Assembly: GCA_963825865.1 (NCBI GenBank)
Contig: CAWGVG010000023.1
Span: 1-64,000, forward strand
Length of the DNA: 64,000 bases
Direction: 5' to 3'
DNA from: an uncultured Nitrososphaeraceae archaeon
GTDB taxonomy: Archaea > Thermoproteota > Nitrososphaeria > Nitrososphaerales > Nitrososphaeraceae
The notes under the pieces are model-generated. The model searched no databases and had not been told where the DNA came from. It saw only the letters and a program-made list of their open reading frames with translations. The position numbers and the translations under genes are program-made. This document shows positions 57,169 to 64,000 of the stretch, in pieces; the first letter of the stretch is position 1; each line of letters starts with the position of its first letter.

Positions 57169-57874
57169 CTAACTATCGTTGGTGATGGGGTCATCCTCTT
57201 TTCCTTTAAATCTGGACATCAAAAAGGGTTTGTCCAGTTGCATTAAATTACTCAAGATTATTGAAATAATTAATCCCAATACAAATCCTGCTATGACATC
57301 TGTTGTATGATGTTGCATTATATACAACTTACTGATCCCAACGCTAACCGGTAACAGCCAGATTAGCAACCCAGCTATTCTTGACTTTTGATTTAATCCA
57401 AACCCAACAATGAATGCAAGGGCCGTAGTGATTGCTACATGATTCGAAGGATACGAGAGATCACGTGCAAGTGGTACCAGACTATCATCTTCTATTACAA
57501 AGTGTTTAGGTAGGTGTAAAGCAGGCTGAAATCTGTTTGCAGGTATTGGTCTTCCAATTAAAGGCTTGATATACATTACTAAAATTGCGGTGATGACGAT
57601 AGCAATTAAAAAAATCATTCCCGTTTTTCTAGTGCGACGAATTATGGTGAGAATAACAGCAACTATGAGCAATGTGAAAACATCTCCAAATGATGTAACT
57701 GTTATCATTACAGCATCGACATTTTTACTTCCTTGTATGGATTTAAAGTAGGTACCTATAAAACTATCAAAACCTGTTGTTACACCAGAATCAACGATTG
57801 CTGTAAGCACAACAAAGATGATTACTAATATGATCAATTGCTTAGATTTAATACCTATTATCCAAGATGGCCAA
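57169..57874 (-). CDS. PAP2-family membrane phosphatase (real start near 57874, not 58086)
   Basis: KPLIGRPIP, SYPSNH, SKLYIMQHHTTDVIAG. Confidence 0.88.
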
Positions 57875-58044
57875 AGGCTAGATAAGTGCAATGAATGGTC
57901 TAGCAAGTAATGCGTTTTATATAGTATATAGATACCAACTAACAGAATCTTTACAAAGTTGTTTCTAATAGGAAATTGACAATAATAACTGAAACATCTA
58001 CTAGTATATATATATATATATACAATCAACAATCTCAGAATTAA

Positions 58045-58264
58045 TTGACTTGTAAAGGGGACATGTATACGCCATGAAGCCCTCAAACCGGTTGGATCAG
58101 GTCGTTATTCTATGGGACAAAAACGTTGTCAAATATGCGAGATCTTTATCAAATGGGATAAATTATGGTGCCTCTGCTGTGGATACAGATCAAGAACAAA
58201 ACCGCAAAATCTCAAATATAAAGCAAAGTTAAGAGCAAGAAATAAATTACAATCGGATAAGTAA
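58045..58264 (+). CDS. Second copy of the small Cys-rich zinc-binding protein (extra G in a G4 run)
   Basis: MTCKGTCIRHEALKPVGSGRYSMGQKRCQICEIFIKWDKLWCLCCGYRSRTKP after removing one G. Confidence 0.8.
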
Positions 58265-58904
58265 GAAAGATTATTAAAAAAACTTTCGATGGTTATGGTT
58301 ATTGTAAAAGTATCTGTAAAGGACATTCAAAAGTGATAAATCTTGATATGTCGTTGAACATATCTTGGTTTTGGAGAAAGCTAATAACTGCTGTGTTTTG
58401 AAACCAGGATTAGGAGCTATATACCGCCATACAGTCTATAGACTGACAGTGAAAAGTAATGGTATGTTACTATCGATAGGTAAATGAAAAACGATACATC
58501 ATTTATATCATTGATAGTTATACTGAATACATCGATATTATATTATGCTAAAGAAGTCAGTATTATATATCATATTAGATAAATCAGCAGTAACTTACTC
58601 AAGTCAAATATACAGATGACAAAGATATATTCAAGAATATAAAAGAGAATTAACAGGAGATTGATATCTGAGGGAATTCCCAAACTAGAGAGATATCGGG
58701 TATTTGAGCCAGATAATAAGTCATCTAGTGAAGAGAAGAGAAAATATGGCCACTCCTACAATATCACTGCACTTGCGTGGGTATTAACTCCTTATTATCC
58801 ATAATTGTTTTTATTATTATTAATATAATAAAAAATAAAATACATACTTTTAACCATCGTAAGATTGAAGATATCTATATAAACATACAGAGATAAATTT
58901 ATAG

Positions 58905-59504
58905 CTAGGTGCTTGGACAATTGAACCTATGGGGGATAAATCTCTGACCAATCAAACTCAACAAGGTCTCTCGCGTTTTTTCAATCAGGCTATTCCCATA
59001 GATTTTATTGGCAAAATATTTACCTTCCTCATCATAAACTGCGAAAACATAAACGGGTGTATTATTAGTTGGTCTTTCTCCATTGCAGTTGCATCTACCT
59101 GCTGCTTGGACAATTGAACCTATGGGGGATAAATCTCTGACCACAATGTCAAAGTCAAAATGTACGCCAGCTCCTACAACTTGCGTAGAAATTAGAATTG
59201 TTCTTTTTCTCATCTTTAGTCTTTCAGAAATATCTCTGATTCTTTTTTGCCTTTCCAAAGGTAGTATAGCAGTTGATAAGTAGAACTTCTCCTCTTCTAC
59301 TACTTTTACTTCATTAAAGACTGAAACTGATGATGGTATTGTATTCATAATTACCAAGATACTTTTATCAGGATTATTAGCAATTATCTCATCTAACTTA
59401 TGTGCAAAATCACACAAAGACGTCCCGTCCAAATCTACTTTTAGTTTCAACCTGTCAAAATCTTGCATTTTTAACAACATATGATCGCCTTGGCAATAAA
59501 ACAC
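58905..59504 (-). pseudogene. cas3: Orphan Cas3 helicase C-terminal fragment
   Basis: LVIMNTI, YLST, ISTQVVGAGVHFDFD, SPIGSIVQAAGRCN; no HD domain or Walker motifs. Confidence 0.85.
58910..59143. repeat. Exact 41-bp direct repeat (58910-58950 = 59103-59143)
   Basis: TGCTTGGACAATTGAACCTATGGGGGATAAATCTCTGACCA occurs twice. Confidence 0.95.
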
Positions 59505-60519
59505 ATACTCAAAATGCTGTTATTATTCTGCTAACTTAACAAAAGTTATGGATGATCGTCTGCGTATGATATTTTATTAATGCCAGAATTCCAAAATATT
59601 AATCAATTACTTAAGCATCCTGAAAAAACAGGCATGGAATTTGGGTAAATGCCCAAATGTCTAACCTGAGAGAAGTCTCGGAATCACATAAGGCATTCAC
59701 GAATGAATCAACGGACTTTATAAAGATACTGTGTCAAGATAACTAAGAAGATAAAATGCGCCTCATAAGCGAATACGAACAAAAGTGTAGACCTGTAATT
59801 ATATTGAAACGAAAATAGGTTGAGGTTCATGAGAAATGACGCTTGTGTTACAAACTGATTAAGAACGATTAAAACCATGATGAAAGAATATGTTAACACC
59901 TATGCACTTATCTGGACGTATAATACCGCCCATTCTTTCGGCCTTGGAATAGATTTATCGGCTGTACCTCTGTATACATACATTATAACATGATGTATAC
60001 GGATGATAATAATAGTAAAAGTCGAAAGCAACTCCATGGTGAAAGCGGGAATTGAGTGATAATACGGATATGTATGTTATTATGTAAGCATTTGCTGTAT
60101 ATTACATTTCTTTTTAAACTTCGTTTTTTTAATTTCTTTATCAGAATCATCTATTGAAAACATCATAGTACCACATCACATTCTTATATGATATTATAGT
60201 TAATTTAAGATAGTATGGCTCAAACAATTGCTTGCGATACTTGTAATAAAACAGTCTATATGGCAGATTAACAAAATGGTGCTGATTTTGATAAAAAGTA
60301 TAAGTTGTGCTCATATACAGAAAATTGATAAAGCCTCACGAAAGACCTCGGCTGTAAGTAAGCATTTACCAGCGATTTTGAGTATCTCCTGCATTACAAT
60401 TATAAACATAGTTCTAACAAACAATAAAATAAATTTACATTTAATGCGAATCAGTGAAGAGGTCAAGATAAAGATCAATGAAAAAGGCTGATGATTTTAT
60501 CTTTAAATAAATAAATATC

Positions 60520-61353
60520 TTGAGATTCAAATACATACATCTATATCTTAATCCTGCAAAGACACTAGATATAAATAGTATAGCATCTGAAATAGCAAAG
60601 TTTTTCTCAAACTGTCAAATAGATATCAGGCTGCCATTTTTAAGTACCAATAATATAAATGATACAATTGCAGAGAATCTTGCATTTATTAGGATATCTG
60701 ATATTAAAAGGCCTTTTTATGATCAGCTAGAAAGAGGACAAAGCCCCAAAATTGGCGATATAATTTTTGAGAGAAATCTTGTTATGCCTAATACTACTAG
60801 CAATGAAAAACCACATTTTAGATTATACGATGGTTTTATGATGCAGAGGCTCTTTGAGGGAATGCTTTCAGAAAAAGAAACTTTTTCTGATCATGCACAT
60901 ATCGTATTTGAGGACAGATTAATCTGTACTTTCAGCGAAGACGATTGGCGATATCATGCACGGGCACTTATTTGTGGAACACCTTCAATTATTTCTACTA
61001 CTGGTATAATTGAAGCGCCTGCTAAACCTAAAGAATGGTATCTAAAAAAACTTCATCAATTTTCTATATATGATACATATTCAATAGAAGAAGAACAAGA
61101 AGAAACATGGAAGAAGGAATTAACTGGAAAATATATTATTGATTATAGAGACTATCGAATTAACTCTGTTGCAGCTGGATATGTTCTTCAAGCATTATTC
61201 TTCTTTCTAAGTGAGGGAAACCCTTTTTGCAACGATAATAATTGCAGGCTATTTAATGCACATTGGCAGGAAGATTTGATGCATTCACAAATAGAAACAA
61301 ATGAATTATGTAAGAAGCATATCTTGCTATTGCATGAATTCAATAAGAAATAA
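60520..61353 (+). CDS. DUF6775-type putative metallopeptidase (archaemetzincin-related)
   Basis: LYDGF, DDWRYHAR, ISTTGIIEAPAKP, FC...CRLFNAHWQ. Confidence 0.75.
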   Translation: MRFKYIHLYLNPAKTLDINSIASEIAKFFSNCQIDIRLPFLSTNNINDTIAENLAFIRISDIKRPFYDQLERGQSPKIGDIIFERNLVMPNTTSNEKPHFRLYDGFMMQRLFEGMLSEKETFSDHAHIVFEDRLICTFSEDDWRYHARALICGTPSIISTTGIIEAPAKPKEWYLKKLHQFSIYDTYSIEEEQEETWKKELTGKYIIDYRDYRINSVAAGYVLQALFFFLSEGNPFCNDNNCRLFNAHWQEDLMHSQIETNELCKKHILLLHEFNKK

Positions 61354-61498
61354 AAGATAGGATTCAGCTGGGGAGAAGGACTCACAATGTGTGTGCCGAT
61401 TCATCTAGTATATAGTAAATATCTGCAAAAGAGGCCACAGGCTAGAATGGTATAATTTTATCCTCAGTAGCAGTCACCACCTATAATACAAAAACAAT

Positions 61499-61610
61499 GT
61501 GTTTTTTGGTAGTAATGCAGAAAGGGGACAATATGTTATTGAGCTTTTAAAACAAGGCAAAAGCATTCGTGAAATTGCAGAAGAGGTCCATATGTCGTTT
61601 GGCTATGATT
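61499..61610 (+). pseudogene. HTH fragment
   Basis: VIELLKQGKSIREIAEEVHMSF followed by unrelated sequence. Confidence 0.55.
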
Positions 61611-62531
61611 GGAAAAAACACAGCCTCAATTGCACTCTATTCATCTATGATTTGTTTCATGTAGAATCATTGCTGTACAAAAGTTTGAATCGAATTTATT
61701 ATAGGATGGAAAGAAGATCCGTGATAACACCGCATAAAAGAATAGAAAGAAAAATAAAAATGGAATGCGTGATTCAAGATAATGACAAAGAACCAACATA
61801 TGAAACATTTTAAAAGTGAAAAAGGCGGTAAAACCGCAACGGAACAAGCAGACGAATTTGTTTCTCAACCTTCAGTAAGGGGATTGAGCGTTTCAATCTA
61901 TGAGTATGGAATATTATTGTTATATGAAGAGATGACAAATAAGGGTCAAGACATATGAAGCCAATACGGCCAGTATAGACATCGTTACTATGTAGAAAGA
62001 AATAGCCCATTTTTTAGATGCGTATATGCATTAAGTTGTTATACTAGAAGTGCCGACCATCTTTCATATATTAGATTAGGTTGCGATGCATCGATTTAAT
62101 CTATCTATGCTTTGAAAAATTCTTCTTTTACCTCAATCGATAGTTTTTCAAATACCTGCTCAATTTTCATAATTCTAATTACTTCAGACTATCCTGAGGA
62201 TCAGGAGGTGTTGTTGTTAGTGTAGTAGAAGAAATAAAATCATTATATGAATCCCAGTTTCTCTGATTGTCCTTCTTTTTATTACTCCAAGTGATTGTGA
62301 GAGCGGTGGTTGTTTTTTCTGCCCTTCTGTTTTTTATTTTGATCTTTATTATCTGCGTAATAGTGAACACAAGCCCGCACAGTTGACATAGGGGTTTTGA
62401 CAACGTTGGCAGAAATTCAGAATAGCAGTTAAAAGACTTTATATGCTCTTACGTCTATATGCGAAATATTATAAAGATAGCATAAGAAGACACAACCATA
62501 ATTTGAGTTAAAGAACCGCTAACTCCCTAAA

Positions 62532-62949
62532 CTAATTTTGAAAAGAAAACCGACCGCGATTTTGCAGCATGTTAACAATCCGTTTTATTGTACTTCTAGC
62601 AGACATGCAAGACATTTCGCCATTGTAGTCACATGCAATAATATAGTTTTCTTGATTTTTATTTTCTCGTTTAAAGATCCCTCTGAAGACTTCCTTCGCT
62701 ACGGGTAGCAAACCAGACCTAAGCTCCATATGCACCATCCTTTTTAATTAACCAGAACATTCTAGTCGAGTCATAATCTGCTGGAAAAACTAACTTTTTT
62801 GCCTCTATTGCTTCTTGTGAATAATAATGTCCTCCAGGACGTATCCATCCCTTCGATAGAATTCTTGCAGTCTTTGCAAATTTTGCACATAAAGAACATT
62901 TATCATCATAAATCAGTAAAGGTCGTGAGAATGCAGATGAAAGGCTCAT
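62532..62949 (-). CDS. DCC1/DUF393 thiol-disulfide oxidoreductase family protein (frameshifted)
   Basis: LLIYDDKCSLC (DxxCxxC), GAYGA..GLLPV. Confidence 0.75.
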
Positions 62950-64000
62950 TGTGATGAACTTTTATGCGCTCAGGAGATATATAGAGCTTTGACAATATTC
63001 TATGTATCCATGTGATAGATATAGATTATTGACCCAATTTTGCAAAGCAAAGTGAAATTATGTTTTCTCTTTATGTATGTATGCCTGTTTTTGTGGGGAT
63101 TGTTATACTACAGCGTTTAATAGGCAATTATATACTCAAAAATTTACTATCATCAGATCTGTAATATCAGGTGCTTTATTTAACGAAGCAAGAAAAAAGA
63201 TAATTTCCGTTCTTTCACACAATAGCCAGTGCGTTTTTATCATTTAACGAATGAGATAAGGATTAGACCAGCAGGCTGTTTGATGCCGCGTGCAAGCCTT
63301 AGAAAAGAGGGAGTTGATTAAAACATAAATAGAAAAGGCGGTCTGGGTGTGCAAACAGGAAATATCATTTTCTAAATATATCCTTCAGTTTAACTATGAC
63401 AATATCACTAGATTCTTTCCCAATTAAAGTCAACAGGTTATGGAATCCAACCGTAGACAGCCGGATGGAAAATTGTATAAAATATTCAAATGAATTCCGT
63501 CTGACGATAAGAATAAACGACAATTCACTTACTTGCAAACAACTCTATTCGATATTGAAAATGAAATATCTAATTTGGAATTACGCTTAAATGAACTGTG
63601 ATTAAGTAAAGGAGTTAATTCTTCACAGAATACACGATACAGATAAGGATAATTTTGAACAAAGTACAGCGAAGGATACTCATAGTGTTATAACAGTAGA
63701 ACCCTCCAAAATCTATTTCAATACTGGCTGGCGTGTCAAATGAAAAGAAGTCACTTGTAAAGAATGTAGTTACTAGTATACGCAATAAGTTGGAGGGTTG
63801 GTATCAAAATAAGCCACAACCATATAATGACACATATAGGCATTCAGATTTGCTGTTACTATTACAACAATGACTTGCTCCATGCGGTATCGTGGTGGGT
63901 AATTAATATGGTCGAAAATGTGCTCCTCAACTTCTATTATACCTACAAATGTTTCTGTACCATCGGTGTTGTGAAAGACGGAGGAACAAGTTTTCTAAAT

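Noticed and set aside
57875-58086. Long N-terminal extension of the PAP2 ORF
   Set aside because: Runs through a (TA)n promoter region and into the divergent zinc-protein gene
58300-60500. CRISPR array near the cas3 fragment
   Set aside because: Only isolated ATTGAAA-type words (e.g. near 59803 and 60153); no regularly spaced repeats
63264-63345. Slightly GC-rich stretch with short complementary arms as a possible ncRNA
   Set aside because: Stems are only about 5 bp, and no SRP, RNase P or C/D-box features were recognised

Overview
AT-rich archaeal chromosome segment, almost certainly a soil ammonia-oxidising archaeon (Nitrososphaeraceae/Thaumarchaeota). This is supported by topoisomerase IB, L10e, L40e, Pth2, a tRNA-intron endonuclease subunit, deoxyhypusine synthases, a PAC2 chaperone and many thaumarchaeal-type small proteins. 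Essential genes (proS, rpl10e, endA, hemD) are broken by single-base indels, so the assembly has long-read-type errors and most frameshifts are not real pseudogenes. Core genes are interleaved with mobile-element debris: a P4/D5-type primase-helicase remnant near ParB, AbrB and a C2HC zinc-finger gene with a clustered TTAGAGCA motif, an IS630 with a -1 slippery site, an IS5-like stub and an orphan cas3 fragment with an exact 41-bp duplication. No CRISPR array or rRNA was found; there is one tRNA-Glu(CTC). Best leads are a hyaluronan-synthase/NodC-like GT2, a Grs-like B12 radical SAM enzyme, an M23 peptidase, a membrane protein fused to a roadblock-like domain with a soluble paralog and an upstream hairpin, a shared Pro/Phe C-terminal tail on secreted proteins, and an SDR lacking its catalytic residues. 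All family calls come from motif recognition by eye; no searches were run.
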